From an uncultured Aminicenantes bacterium (GTDB lineage Bacteria > Acidobacteriota > Aminicenantia > UBA2199), in contig CBDAFS010000012.1 of the NCBI GenBank assembly GCA_965195285.1, forward strand, positions 32,001-96,000: a stretch of DNA of 64,000 nucleotides. The letters are read 5' to 3'. This document shows, piece after piece, positions 1-10,784 of this stretch. The notes under the pieces were generated by a model. It did not search any database. It worked only from the letters and a program-made list of their open reading frames with translations, and was not told where the DNA came from. Every line of letters starts with the position of its first letter. Position 1 is the stretch's first letter. Position numbers and translations under genes: made by a program.

Positions 1-828
1 TCGGGCAAGCGGATGAAGGGCCTGGATTTAAAAACCTTTTTAAAAGAGGCGCTTCATGGAAGTAAGACCAAGACCGAGCATCTGGACGGTTCGTTTTTTT
101 ATCCCCGCACCCCGGGCATCGGTGCTATTACCGATCGGCTGGAAAGATTTTGCGATTCCGGGAATATCAAAAAAAATGCCCGGATTACCAGGGTTTTTCA
201 TGCCGCGGACCGTATTCGGGCAGTTGAGATAAACGGGAAACAAAGGATCGATACCGAATACGTAATCAGCACCCTGCCGATCAACCGGTTTATACTGATG
301 ATGGATCCCCCTCCTGATCCGGAAATCATGGAATTGGCCAAGAGCCTTCGCTTTAGAAATATTATCCTGGTTGCCCTTTTTCTGAACCTGGATTCCATCA
401 ACCGGGCAGCCACGGTGTATTTCCCGGGTGATGAGTTTCCCTTCACCCGCATGTACGAGGCCAGAAATAGAAATCCTCTCATGTCTCCCCTGGAAAAAAC
501 ATCGGCTGTGGTTGAGATCCCCTGTCAATTGGGAGACCGCTACTGGAATATGGATGATCAATTGCTGGTGAAGATGGTCAGGGATAAACTGGTTGAAGCG
601 GGATTGTTTAAAGATAGCCAGGTGATCGATTCAGCCGTCTACCGGATGTCCGATGCCTATCCGATTTTGGAAATCGGTGTGGATGTGAAAATCGAAAAAA
701 TCTTTGCTTTTTTAAACCGGTTTAAAAATTTGCGGATCTCCGGCCGCAATGGCCGGTTTTTATATACCCATGTTCATGATATGATGCAATTTGGCAAGAA
801 TATCATGGCAGATTATCCTTTTGAATGA
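1..828 (+). CDS. FAD-dependent oxidoreductase (protoporphyrinogen oxidase/UDP-galactopyranose mutase-like family found in glycan loci), 5'-truncated by window edge
   Basis: Frame is open from base 1. Motifs FFYPRTPGIGAI, VISTLP, AYP and C-terminal GRNGRFLYTHVHD are typical of this family; the N-terminal GxGxxG lies outside the window. Confidence 0.75.
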   Translation, partial: SGKRMKGLDLKTFLKEALHGSKTKTEHLDGSFFYPRTPGIGAITDRLERFCDSGNIKKNARITRVFHAADRIRAVEINGKQRIDTEYVISTLPINRFILMMDPPPDPEIMELAKSLRFRNIILVALFLNLDSINRAATVYFPGDEFPFTRMYEARNRNPLMSPLEKTSAVVEIPCQLGDRYWNMDDQLLVKMVRDKLVEAGLFKDSQVIDSAVYRMSDAYPILEIGVDVKIEKIFAFLNRFKNLRISGRNGRFLYTHVHDMMQFGKNIMADYPFE

Positions 829-863
829 TAAAACGGAGCTGAAAGGTCTCGGCAGGATACAAG

Positions 864-2780
864 ATGTGTGGTATTGCTGGTGTTTTAAAATTAGATCAAG
901 CCAAGTGCAATTTTCCCGATAACATTGTTATCGATATGGTCAATACCATCCGGCACCGGGGACCAGATTATACCGGTACTCACTGGAATGGTCCCTGCGG
1001 GCTGGGCCATTCGCGGTTGAGTATCATTGACTTAAGTCCGGCAGCCCGGCAGCCCATGTCCAATGAAAACGGAACGGTTTTTATTGCCTATAATGGAGAA
1101 GTTTACAATTTCAGGGATCTGCGTGCATCTTTCGGGCTGGACCAAAAGGGGCATCATTTCAAATCCAGTTCGGATACCGAGGTCATTATACATCTGTATG
1201 AGGAAAGGGGCATTGATTGTCTTTCTGAGCTGAACGGGATGTTTGCCTTTGCCCTGTGGGACAGCCGTCAGAAAACCCTTTATCTGGCCCGGGACCCCTT
1301 TGGCATTAAACCGCTGTTTTATACCCAGCATGACGGTGCTTTTTGGTTTGCCAGCGAGATCAAGGCCCTGTTGAAGATCCCCGGATTTTCACCGGGCCCG
1401 AATCTTGAAGCTTTCTATCATTACCTTTCTTTTGATTATATACCGGGTAAACATACGGCTTTTCAAAATATTCATGAGCTGCGGCCCGGACACCTGTTAA
1501 CCGTACAATGCCAGCCGAACCGGGTATCGGAAAGGCGCTATTTCGACATTCAATATGAGGTGAACCACGGCTTAACCGAAAAGGAAGCCGTGGAACGGAC
1601 CCGGCATTTCTGCTATGAGGCGGTTGAACGGCATTTGATATCGGATGTTCCGGTGGGGGTCATGCTGTCAGGTGGGCTTGATTCCAGTTCCTTGACCGTA
1701 TTGATGGCGGAAATCCGGGGGGATGCCGATTTCCACACCTTTTCTCTGGCCTTTGATGAATCAAGCTTTGATGAATCCCATTATGCCCGGTACCTGGCCC
1801 AGAGTGCTGGAACCATCCATCATGAGATACAGGTTACTCCCCAGAAGGTGGCCCGGCTGCTTCCAAAATATTTGACTTTTATCGATGAACCGTATGCAGA
1901 CGGTTCAGCCATCCCCACCTATCTGCTGGCAGAAGAGGCCCGGAAATTTGTGACCGTCCTGCTGTCCGGAGAAGGGGGTGATGAGTTTTTCAGCGGTTAC
2001 GACACCCATATGGCCTTTAAGGTCAGGCGGTTGTACCGCCGGATTCCGGCCCTGGTCAGACAGAAATTAATTGCTCCCCTGGTGAATCGGTTGCCGGTAT
2101 CCCACCGAAAACTGAGCCTTGAGTTCAAGGCAAAACGGTTTATTCAGGGCGCCGAACTGGATATTCCCAATTCTCACTTTTTCTGGAGGCTGGTGTTATC
2201 AGAGGCGGCCAAAAAAAAAATACTGGCTGACGAATCACTGTTCAGCCATATACAGCCATCAGCCGTTTTTTTCGAACAGGCTTATCAACAGTGCGGAGCA
2301 GAGGATGATTTGAACCGGTTGCTATACATTGATTACCGTTACCATCTGCCGGATGATCTGATGATCAAAAATGACCGCATGACCATGGCCCATTCGATGG
2401 AGGCCCGGGTTCCATTCACTGACCGGAACCTGGTCCAGTTTCTTTCAACCGTACCGGTTGATATCAAATTCAAGGGGTGGAACAAGAAGTATCTGTTGAA
2501 GGCAGCTTTAAAAGATAAACTGCCAGCAAAGATATTGAATAAGAAAAAAATCGGTCTGGAAATGCCCTACTCAAAATGGATGCTGACCGAACTTCGAGAC
2601 CTGTTCGAATACGTTCTGTCTCCGCAGAGTCTGAAGATGACCGGATTTATTGATCCGAAAGGGGTAGGGCAACTGTGGGAAGAGCATAAGGCCAAGAAAG
2701 TGGATCATGGACGGGCATTGTGGGGTCTGGCCAATTATATGTTCTGGTACAAGATTTATATGGCCGGGGAGTCCTTTTAA
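864..2780 (+). CDS. asnB: Asparagine synthase (glutamine-hydrolysing) family amidotransferase
   Basis: N-terminal MCGIAG, HRGPD, RLSIID, NGEVYNF, LSGGLDSS, LSGEGGDE, SMEARVPF. Glycan-locus context suggests amidation of a sugar. Confidence 0.93.
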   Translation: MCGIAGVLKLDQAKCNFPDNIVIDMVNTIRHRGPDYTGTHWNGPCGLGHSRLSIIDLSPAARQPMSNENGTVFIAYNGEVYNFRDLRASFGLDQKGHHFKSSSDTEVIIHLYEERGIDCLSELNGMFAFALWDSRQKTLYLARDPFGIKPLFYTQHDGAFWFASEIKALLKIPGFSPGPNLEAFYHYLSFDYIPGKHTAFQNIHELRPGHLLTVQCQPNRVSERRYFDIQYEVNHGLTEKEAVERTRHFCYEAVERHLISDVPVGVMLSGGLDSSSLTVLMAEIRGDADFHTFSLAFDESSFDESHYARYLAQSAGTIHHEIQVTPQKVARLLPKYLTFIDEPYADGSAIPTYLLAEEARKFVTVLLSGEGGDEFFSGYDTHMAFKVRRLYRRIPALVRQKLIAPLVNRLPVSHRKLSLEFKAKRFIQGAELDIPNSHFFWRLVLSEAAKKKILADESLFSHIQPSAVFFEQAYQQCGAEDDLNRLLYIDYRYHLPDDLMIKNDRMTMAHSMEARVPFTDRNLVQFLSTVPVDIKFKGWNKKYLLKAALKDKLPAKILNKKKIGLEMPYSKWMLTELRDLFEYVLSPQSLKMTGFIDPKGVGQLWEEHKAKKVDHGRALWGLANYMFWYKIYMAGESF

Positions 2781-2789
2781 GGTGATCTG

Positions 2790-3215
2790 ATGATAAAGAA
2801 CAAAATCAGAAAGGTGCTGATGCTCCAGAAAACCGATAATTTCATTATCCAGTTTTTTCGTTATGGTTTTGCCGGCGGAGTAGCCTTTGTGGTTGACTTC
2901 AGCCTGCTATATTTTCTGACCGAATACCTGCACATCTACTATTTGATTTCAGCGGCCCTGTCTTTCATTCCGGGATTGCTGGTGAATTACCTGCTGAGTG
3001 TTCACTGGGTATTCAATAAACGGGTCCTGAAAAATCGATCCGCGGAATTCATTTTTTTTACCCTGATCGGACTGGGAGGGCTGGGATTCAATGAATTTTT
3101 CATGTGGTTTTTTACCGATGTGGTCGGTTTCTATTACCTGATTTCTAAAATTATTTCAACGGCCCTGGGTTATCTGTGGAATTTTTTTGCAAAAAAATAC
3201 TTCCTTTTCAGATAA
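2790..3215 (+). CDS. GtrA-family polyprenyl-phosphate-sugar flippase
   Basis: About 140 aa with 4 TM segments; QFFRYGFAGG...VNYLLS..WVF...WNFFAKKYFLF pattern. Confidence 0.9.
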   Translation: MIKNKIRKVLMLQKTDNFIIQFFRYGFAGGVAFVVDFSLLYFLTEYLHIYYLISAALSFIPGLLVNYLLSVHWVFNKRVLKNRSAEFIFFTLIGLGGLGFNEFFMWFFTDVVGFYYLISKIISTALGYLWNFFAKKYFLFR

Positions 3216-3239
3216 TCGTCAAATCATACAAAAAGTTTT

Positions 3240-4919
3240 TCAACCTGATTTATTTGCCTTTTGGTCTATGGAATCTGGTTTTAGTAGGATGGGAATTAAG
3301 AATAGGGAGAGGTAGTAGATAAAATCAAGTGGGTAGGATAGTCTGACATCAGAGAAACTGGATATGGAAATCACCACTCCATGGAGCAGAGCGGAGCCGG
3401 TCAGGACAAACATGAAAAATGCTCCCCGGTGATGAAATCGGGTAACCAGTGTTTTAATGGAACTGAAGATAAAAGAGAAAAAAAAGAAGAAAATCCATAG
3501 TTTGTTGTGGAATAGCGGTTGATGAATTTTTAGAAAACCATTATGAACTTTTTGAAGAAAATGTAATTTCAGGGTTTTGAGTCTGAGCTGACTTTTTTGG
3601 GCAGGTGGCAGTATCCTTAAGTCCCAATATTCCTTTAATAGATTTTTAACGTATTCCTGATCAATGGTTTTAATGTATTCGTTTTTATAGTACAACCGAA
3701 GAGTATTAGGAGCCCTGTATTTGTAAAAACGTATATATCTTTCCTTAAGCAGAAGTGTACTTCGGTATCTTCCCAGCAAGCGAGTATAAAAATTGATGTT
3801 TTTCTTTCTTAAAAAGTACCGGTTTAAATTGGCATAAAAAAATTTTAAATAAATATCCGGGTGCTCACGGATGGTGTCCCAGGCGACTTTTTTTAGAACA
3901 GGTCTCCATTTCATGTAGAGGTTGTCGGCATTTTTATCTTCAAAAGATTTCAGGGTTTGAAAAATGATTCTCCGGTTACGATTGTAATGTCTGTGGAGAA
4001 TATGACCCAGTGGTTTGGGATCCCAGGAATTTTTTATGATTTTTTTTTTATACGGACTTATGCGGTTGAGGTTTTTTTCGATTGCCCGGTTTACCTGGGG
4101 GCTGTAGCCGGGATTTTTTTCCAGGAAGGTTGAAGTGAATGAAATTAATGCATGTTCGGTGAATGTGGATATGGCAAACGATCCGATGGTAAAATAATTA
4201 TATATGCATAAAAGAATCAGCGGGGTGACAAATGAGATTGAAAATAACAGAATGAGTTTTTTTTTATAGGCATTGAGAAATAAAAAAAGCAGAATAGCCA
4301 GGAATAATGGCACCAGAAACAAGCCGGAAGGTCGAATAAGAATCACCATTGCCATTGTGATTCCGCAACATACCCAGTACATTCTGTTCTGACAATAAAT
4401 GGCTAAAAGAAGAAAACTGAAGAATAGAAGAATTGTATTGATGTAAATGCTTTCTGTTGCCAGAGCAGTGTCAAGGCAAAGGTGGATGGATAAGGAGATA
4501 AAGGCTCCCAGACCGATGGCGGCCAATAGGGTAAGGTATTTCCATTTTTTTCCGAAGATTTTGTTAATCACGAAAATGAAAAATAAAGAGCTGAATAAGG
4601 TGAATAGATTTTGTACAACAATAACGGCTAAGTTGCTCTTGAAAAAGATAAATATAAATGACAGAAAAAGGGGATAACCGGGAGTTCGAATGTTGAAGGT
4701 GGGCATGAAACCTTTATCGATTTGATCTACAATCATATAGTAGTGTTGGTAATCAGGGGAGAGCAAGTAAATGGAATCATAGAGGAAAAAGGGAAGCCTG
4801 GTGATCAGGAAAAACAAAGAAAAGATAAAATAAGCCAGGAACAGAATCCTGTTTCTACTGAACTGTTCCTTGATATAGTGAATGGCTCCGGCCCGGGTGT
4901 GATTGACGATTTCATTCAT
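3240..4919 (-). CDS. GT-C-fold (PMT/ArnT-like) polytopic glycosyltransferase
   Basis: SPDY..Y, RTPGYPLFL, ATES, LIRP motifs and many TM helices. Start moved to MNEIVNH (4919) because the ORF-track start at 4973 coincides with a -35 box (TTGATC-17-TAAAAT). AT-rich. Confidence 0.7.
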   Translation of the reverse strand: MNEIVNHTRAGAIHYIKEQFSRNRILFLAYFIFSLFFLITRLPFFLYDSIYLLSPDYQHYYMIVDQIDKGFMPTFNIRTPGYPLFLSFIFIFFKSNLAVIVVQNLFTLFSSLFFIFVINKIFGKKWKYLTLLAAIGLGAFISLSIHLCLDTALATESIYINTILLFFSFLLLAIYCQNRMYWVCCGITMAMVILIRPSGLFLVPLFLAILLFLFLNAYKKKLILLFSISFVTPLILLCIYNYFTIGSFAISTFTEHALISFTSTFLEKNPGYSPQVNRAIEKNLNRISPYKKKIIKNSWDPKPLGHILHRHYNRNRRIIFQTLKSFEDKNADNLYMKWRPVLKKVAWDTIREHPDIYLKFFYANLNRYFLRKKNINFYTRLLGRYRSTLLLKERYIRFYKYRAPNTLRLYYKNEYIKTIDQEYVKNLLKEYWDLRILPPAQKSQLRLKTLKLHFLQKVHNGFLKIHQPLFHNKLWIFFFFFSFIFSSIKTLVTRFHHRGAFFMFVLTGSALLHGVVISISSFSDVRLSYPLDFIYYLSLFLIPILLKPDSIDQKANKSG

Positions 4920-5074
4920 GTTTTTTGTTTTCCAAGTTGAGAAGATTTTAGCATTGGGATTGATAAAGATCAAGTTCGATAACGGTCAAATTAACGATTT
5001 CCGGGAAATGGCCGACAATTTTAATAATAAAATTGACGGCGGTGTTATTTTTTGTTAACATTTAATCTAATCAC

Positions 5075-6412
5075 ATGAAACGCAGAGATTTTGTTCAAAA
5101 ATCCTTACTGGTTACCTCTGGTCTGGCCGCGGCCCATTGCGGGATCCGGACCACTGAAAAAACCCGGGTGGTGATTCTGGGTTTTGACGGAGCCAACTGG
5201 CCCACCATTGATCCGTTGCTAAAAAAAGGAAAGTTACCCTATCTGGAACAATTAAAAAAAGACAGTGCCTGGGCCTATTTTAAAACCTGTAAACCCGCTA
5301 AATCAAATGTGGTATGGAGCAGTATTGCCTCCGGGAAAAATATGATGAAACATGGGATCATGGATTTTACCTTTCTCAGGAAAAGTGGAATCAAAGTCCC
5401 GTATTCCAAGTCAGAAAGAATGGCTCCCATGATCTGGCAGATTCTCGATGAATTCCGGCGGCGAAGTATGGTGATCAACTGGTGGGTATCCCACCCTCCT
5501 GACCCCATCAACGGAGTGATGATTTCCGATTATTTCCGGCTGGTGTTCAGGCGTAGGCCTGATAAGCTCAATGAGTTTAAAGAATCCATTCACCCGGCCT
5601 CCTATTTCCGGCTTTTCAGAAAAATGGTTGAAAGAAACAACTACAGAGCCATTTTGAAGCAGACCGGATTGGCGGATTTTCCGGCCCTGTTCTATGAAAA
5701 ATATCCCGGGGGAAATATCAAACGGACCGTCACCCTGAAAAACTACCCCGGATTCGTTGAGCAGGACTACCTGATTGAACGGGCATCCTGGTACCTGTAC
5801 AATAAGGAAAAGTTTGATTTTTTTGCTACCTATTTCAGGTTACCGGATATAGCCCAGCATTCGGTGACCCATTTGATGGACAGACAGTTTAAAAAGAAAT
5901 TGATATCGGCATTTAAGACCAATACGGTCACCCAGTCAATGATTGATGAAGCGGTGCTTCAGGTATCGGATATACTTGAATCGGTTTACCGTCATATGGA
6001 AAAAACCATCAAGGATTATATCACCCATGAAAAAAACAGGAATACGACTTTTTTAATCATGTCGGATCATGGATTTTCGTTTTATCCGGGCGGATACAAT
6101 CATTATGGTCTTCCGGATGATTATCCGGCTCCGGACGGCATGCTCATGGTTCACGGTCCTGGAGTGAAAAAAGGCAGAATAGAAGAGGCCTCCATATTTG
6201 ATATCGCTCCTACCATTTTATACCTGCTGAATCACCCGGTAGGCCAGGACATGGATGGCCGGCCTTTAAAAGAGATATTTCAATTTAAACGCCAGGTCAA
6301 ATACAAACGCTATACCCTGAAAAAAGATCCGTCCAAGAGTCGGAATCGAGCCTATGATGAAGAGAGCCTCAGAGAACTTAAATCCCTGGGGTACATTTCC
6401 TCAGAGAAATAA
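5075..6412 (+). CDS. Alkaline-phosphatase-superfamily (NPP/phosphodiesterase-type) protein with Tat signal, probable lipoprotein
   Basis: MKRRDFVQK Tat motif; GFDGA, SNVVWSSIASG, SDHGF, DIAPTIL; C-terminal LKSLGY. Confidence 0.85.
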   Translation: MKRRDFVQKSLLVTSGLAAAHCGIRTTEKTRVVILGFDGANWPTIDPLLKKGKLPYLEQLKKDSAWAYFKTCKPAKSNVVWSSIASGKNMMKHGIMDFTFLRKSGIKVPYSKSERMAPMIWQILDEFRRRSMVINWWVSHPPDPINGVMISDYFRLVFRRRPDKLNEFKESIHPASYFRLFRKMVERNNYRAILKQTGLADFPALFYEKYPGGNIKRTVTLKNYPGFVEQDYLIERASWYLYNKEKFDFFATYFRLPDIAQHSVTHLMDRQFKKKLISAFKTNTVTQSMIDEAVLQVSDILESVYRHMEKTIKDYITHEKNRNTTFLIMSDHGFSFYPGGYNHYGLPDDYPAPDGMLMVHGPGVKKGRIEEASIFDIAPTILYLLNHPVGQDMDGRPLKEIFQFKRQVKYKRYTLKKDPSKSRNRAYDEESLRELKSLGYISSEK

Positions 6413-7226
6413 GCCGAATCGGTTCGGCAAGCCCGGGCGGGTCTCGATTTCTTATTTCCTCATTCCACTCCTGATGCTGAGCATCTGGTCGGGTTGCGGA
6501 AACCCTGATGCTTACCAGATATTAGATACCCCTCATCAGGTCATTGATCAGTGGGGAAAAGCCAGGATTTATACGGTCTACCGGCCACCGGGCCAAAAAA
6601 AACTTCCCCTGATGGTCTATTTTCACGGTGTGATGTCAGAGGGATTCAAAAGCATTCCCGCGCTGAAGAAATACACCGGCAGCCCGGTAGAAGAGACCGG
6701 ATTGATTGAGTTCTGCAAACGCCGGGATATTATTTTGCTGGTTCCCCGATCAGCGTATCACTACACTTTTTTAAATCAAGAGGCCACCGGCTGGTTGCCA
6801 TTTAATAAAGAAATCGATGGAATCGAAAAAATGATTGATCTGGTGGTTGAAAAATACCCGGTTTCTTCAAATGATATTTACCTGGTGGGGATTTCTGCCG
6901 GCGCAGGGATGTGTCACCACCTGGCCAATCATCGACCGGATTTTTATAATACCATCCTCTCTCATTCTCAGGGTTATGTTGGCCAGGATGACATCCTCTT
7001 AAAGCCAAAGCTAAAAGGCCCTCGATTCGGAGTGGTTTTTTGCTTTACCAGAGGAGATTATGATAATTTGATTGATATATGTATCCAATCAGAAAAAATA
7101 TACCGGAAATCTGGCTACCGGACTGTTCTTTTAAAAAATTTACCTCCAAAAAGCCATAGCTGGTCAAGGGAGAGTAATCGCAGATTCTGGAGGTATATGC
7201 AAAATGTTGGAAGAAAACAGAACTAA
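6354..7226 (+). CDS. Alpha/beta hydrolase (esterase/PHB-depolymerase-like), probable lipoprotein; start uncertain
   Basis: LPLMVYFHG, GISAG nucleophile elbow, C-terminal HSW; hydrophobic stretch ending WSGC. Confidence 0.75.
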   Translation: MMKRASENLNPWGTFPQRNKPNRFGKPGRVSISYFLIPLLMLSIWSGCGNPDAYQILDTPHQVIDQWGKARIYTVYRPPGQKKLPLMVYFHGVMSEGFKSIPALKKYTGSPVEETGLIEFCKRRDIILLVPRSAYHYTFLNQEATGWLPFNKEIDGIEKMIDLVVEKYPVSSNDIYLVGISAGAGMCHHLANHRPDFYNTILSHSQGYVGQDDILLKPKLKGPRFGVVFCFTRGDYDNLIDICIQSEKIYRKSGYRTVLLKNLPPKSHSWSRESNRRFWRYMQNVGRKQN

Positions 7227-9649
7227 CGGCTCATGTCAGTTTTAATAATTTCCGGGTAATCCGGGATCAGGGTTATGCGTTTTATAAAAAAATTATTCTC
7301 TCGCAGACCTCTCACATCCACCTCAATAAAATTGATCGGATCATTTATCTCTATTTGAATTGATTCGAATTCCTTATTCAGTTCAAAAGATTTTTTGGAA
7401 ATCCCTGCTGATGTAAAGAGTCGGTATTCCAGAGTATTTTGATATTCTGCTGAAAATTGTTTTGATATTCTGTGTCCGACTATATGGAGTTTGTATTTGC
7501 CCTGTGAAATCGGGAAAAAATCGATATGGATATTTTTCAGGGTATTTTCCGAATTATTGAATATCTCAGCTGTTTGAATAAAGGTGAGCAGTGATAGGTC
7601 AAGACCTGTTTTTTTATAATAATTTTTCATCCAGTATGGAAGTTTTTTATTTGAGAACAGTTCCGGAATTGGTTTGTTTATGGTTTTGGCGTCGGTTTTT
7701 TTTATTTTCAGTACTGATTTTTGAATGCCACTAAAAATCGGGGTAAGAACAAAATAATAGGGCCTGTGTTTGGCATTGGTTTGTATTTCGATATGATAGA
7801 CATAATCTTTATGATACTTTTTTGGTTTGATGTTGCCTATTTCAATCAGGTTGATTGTTGTTTGGTTTTTTTGGTTTATGATTCTTTCTACATTGTTTAT
7901 CTTGAGGTTTAAATCCAGATGCTCATTAAGGGAAAACAGGATCATATTCAATTTATTTATTTTCACTTTGGAATAGAGGTAATGGCAGTATCTGCCCTGT
8001 ATTGTTTTTCCGAATCCCGGGTTTTTTTCATATGCCTGAAGGGGAAAGTATGATGTGTGTTCATTCAGGCAGTATGTTCTGGGTAATTTCATTAACAATT
8101 GTGATCCGGGATTCGAAATTTGTAAAAGCTCTTCTGAAATACGGTATAAAAAAATAAAATCAATGTCCCAGGGTTGAAATCTGGGTTTCTGAATCAGGTA
8201 AAAGGGTTTGTACTTTGAAAAATCAATTGGTAAATCAATTTTTTGCTTTTTATCTCTTTTGGTTAATCCAAGGTATTGTTGATGAACCGCTTGAATGAAA
8301 TGGGGAATTCGATCTAAATGCCTAAACCATCTGATTTGAAATTTGGCATTCAGTTTTATCCCGCCCTTAATCCGCGGGGTAAGGTGTTGAAAGGCAATGT
8401 TATAACGATCTGCCGAGATCCCTTGATGGTGTCGGTAATCCTTAGCCCAGTTGTTTTTTGATTTGGTCTTCAATTGATTGAAGATCGTAATATTTGTTTT
8501 AATATTGGAAAGGGCGAAAACAGATGTACCGATCCAGAAAAAAACAATGAAAATTTGCCAGGCCTTTTTATTACCTCTGAATACTTTTTTTAAATCAACG
8601 AATATTGTTTTTCCAATCAAAATCACAATACTTGAATAGAGGGGGATACAAAAACGGTCACCATAAAATCCCATTAAACCAAATATGGATATATAAATTA
8701 ATATAAAAGAACCAAATATAATTTCCTTTTTCCCTTTTATTATGAAACTGAGCGGAATTGCCAATAGCAAGATAATGACAAAGATCAATCCGAAGTCTTT
8801 AATGAAGTTATTGACGAATTTCATGTAGATATCCATGGGTGAATATATTCGATAGGGTTCAAAAACGGATTCGCTTCCAAAACCATACTTTTGAAGAAAA
8901 TATTTCAGATTTTTTAATGGATGAATCAACCAGTTCGGTGCCCCGATAAAAAATCCGGCTGCCATCACCACAGGCAAAAAAATCAGTGATTTTATTGCTT
9001 TTTTCTTGTTTATTTCCTTTCTGGTTAAAAATATAACCAGCAGAATTATCAAAATAAATATATAAACATTATATTTGGTGGCAACGGCTATGCCGAATAT
9101 AAATGAAGCCCATAGCAGTAATTTGATGTCATGGTTTTTTAAATATTTCAACAGGAAATACAGAGCCAGGGTTATAAAAAGGGATACCAGAATATCGGAT
9201 TTGAAGATATGGGCCTGGAGGATTATAAGATGATTAAAAGCCATCAAAATGGCGGCAAAAAAGGCAACGTTCCGGTTATAAAATTCGTTACCTATTCTAT
9301 ATACCAGATATACCAGCAAAACGGCCAGAAATGCATTGATAACTCTTCCGGCTTCTACCGTAAAATGAAGGCCTATTGATGACATGAATTGAGAAAATGT
9401 GCTGATTAATCCAAGAAAAATCAATATGTTTTTGTACAGAAAGGATAATATGAAATTTAGATACAGGAAAAACGGAGGATATAAGTTTACCGGAAAGGGA
9501 TTTTCATAAAGATCCCAGACAAAGCCGGCAATCATGGTTTCATCTACTGATTTGAAGGGAATGAGTTGTTTTATACTCAGGAGAAACGTGATAAATAGAA
9601 TGGAGATTAATAATATTTTTCTGATAATACGAAAGGCGGAAGCGTTCAT
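7223..9649 (-). CDS. GT-C-fold (GT39/PMT_2-like) glycosyltransferase with large C-terminal periplasmic region
   Basis: VDE motif after TM1, YPPFFLY, KSD, ATKY, RF motifs; about 11 TM helices; strongly AT-rich. Confidence 0.8.
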   Translation of the reverse strand: MNASAFRIIRKILLISILFITFLLSIKQLIPFKSVDETMIAGFVWDLYENPFPVNLYPPFFLYLNFILSFLYKNILIFLGLISTFSQFMSSIGLHFTVEAGRVINAFLAVLLVYLVYRIGNEFYNRNVAFFAAILMAFNHLIILQAHIFKSDILVSLFITLALYFLLKYLKNHDIKLLLWASFIFGIAVATKYNVYIFILIILLVIFLTRKEINKKKAIKSLIFLPVVMAAGFFIGAPNWLIHPLKNLKYFLQKYGFGSESVFEPYRIYSPMDIYMKFVNNFIKDFGLIFVIILLLAIPLSFIIKGKKEIIFGSFILIYISIFGLMGFYGDRFCIPLYSSIVILIGKTIFVDLKKVFRGNKKAWQIFIVFFWIGTSVFALSNIKTNITIFNQLKTKSKNNWAKDYRHHQGISADRYNIAFQHLTPRIKGGIKLNAKFQIRWFRHLDRIPHFIQAVHQQYLGLTKRDKKQKIDLPIDFSKYKPFYLIQKPRFQPWDIDFIFLYRISEELLQISNPGSQLLMKLPRTYCLNEHTSYFPLQAYEKNPGFGKTIQGRYCHYLYSKVKINKLNMILFSLNEHLDLNLKINNVERIINQKNQTTINLIEIGNIKPKKYHKDYVYHIEIQTNAKHRPYYFVLTPIFSGIQKSVLKIKKTDAKTINKPIPELFSNKKLPYWMKNYYKKTGLDLSLLTFIQTAEIFNNSENTLKNIHIDFFPISQGKYKLHIVGHRISKQFSAEYQNTLEYRLFTSAGISKKSFELNKEFESIQIEINDPINFIEVDVRGLRENNFFIKRITLIPDYPEIIKTDMSR

Positions 9650-9655
9650 TTCCCT

Positions 9656-9684
9656 ATTTTAGCAAAGGACATATATGCAGTCAA
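9656..9684 (-). promoter_or_regulatory. sigma70-type promoter, leaderless configuration
   Basis: Minus strand TTGACT-17-TAAAAT with extended TG, 6 nt before ATG 9649. Confidence 0.7.
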
Positions 9685-10661
9685 TTGGTTGATTCAACCC
9701 AGAGATCCGGATCCCAACCGTATCCAATAAATACACGACCTCCCATGCTGATCCGGCGTACATGCATTCGCTGGTTTTCAGCACTGCCAAACATATGAAC
9801 CGCAAAATCAGGGTGATTGGACCAATTCAGTCGATAAATTCCTTCATTTGCCGGTGCCAAAAGTTTTTGTATTGACTTGCCGTTTTCAGCATTAAATATC
9901 TGATAATTGGTGTGGGAGGCGGGCAACCAGGCTACCCGGTTATCCGGAGCGGCACAGGGCCGGCAGCTTTGTCTGCGGGAAATCTTAATGGGTAGAGATC
10001 GGTCTTCAACCGGAGTAACATATATATCATTACCCGTATCATATACCACATATTTTCCGTTTCCCGTGACTTCACACCACCACTTTACATCCCCACCATT
10101 ATATATGGTTTTTGTAATCGAGGGATCGGATATATTGATCATTATAATATTGCCTTCCTTGGAGGGTCCCACTGCCCAATCGATATCATTTCCCCTCCAC
10201 CAACTCCAGCGCGTTTCTTTGGAAGCATCCATAAGGGCGTTTTTTATTTCTATTTTTTCACCTTTTTCATTACTGATATAGATTTTATTTTTAAATCGAT
10301 ATATAAACCTTGTTCCATCCGGGGACCAGAAAGGGCGGGGGGTTAAACCGCGCATTTTTCTTCCGCTTCCTCCTTCCACTTCAATATGAGGGATAATTTT
10401 TCTTTTACCGGATTTCAAATCCAGGATAATCATATGGGGGGGCTGGGCATAGATCACCCTGCCCCGGCGGTTATCTGATAGTCTCTTCCATCCTTCAACC
10501 ATTTCTTTTATCACCACGGTCTCTTGATGGTCGCTGGACTGAATCGGAGAAAAAATCAGCAGAAAGAATCCCCAGAGAGCAGCCATTAAAATCAAAAATG
10601 AAACCATTCCCTTGGCAAGAGTCACCCACAAACCCGGACTGATTGATCGTTGCTGGTTCAT
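9681..10661 (-). CDS. Membrane-anchored TolB-like beta-propeller protein
   Basis: N-terminal TM, PFWSPDGTRFIY, terminal DPDLW. Start MNQQRS inferred from the promoter TTGACG-17-TATAAT at 10669-10697. Confidence 0.65.
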   Translation of the reverse strand: MNQQRSISPGLWVTLAKGMVSFLILMAALWGFFLLIFSPIQSSDHQETVVIKEMVEGWKRLSDNRRGRVIYAQPPHMIILDLKSGKRKIIPHIEVEGGSGRKMRGLTPRPFWSPDGTRFIYRFKNKIYISNEKGEKIEIKNALMDASKETRWSWWRGNDIDWAVGPSKEGNIIMINISDPSITKTIYNGGDVKWWCEVTGNGKYVVYDTGNDIYVTPVEDRSLPIKISRRQSCRPCAAPDNRVAWLPASHTNYQIFNAENGKSIQKLLAPANEGIYRLNWSNHPDFAVHMFGSAENQRMHVRRISMGGRVFIGYGWDPDLWVESTN

Positions 10662-10668
10662 CGGGGTC

Positions 10669-10733
10669 ATTATATCAAAACTCCGAATCACCGTCAATTT
10701 CAAATTGACTGACCCCGCGGGTTGTGTTAAAAT
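10669..10733. promoter_or_regulatory. Back-to-back sigma70-type promoters
   Basis: Minus: TTGACG-17-TATAAT (10697-10669). Plus: TTGACT-17-TAAAAT (10705-10733). Confidence 0.7.
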
Positions 10734-10784
10734 ATACAAAAGTCCCGGAACTTCTGGACCGGGATGGTTGATGAGTAAGCGTAC

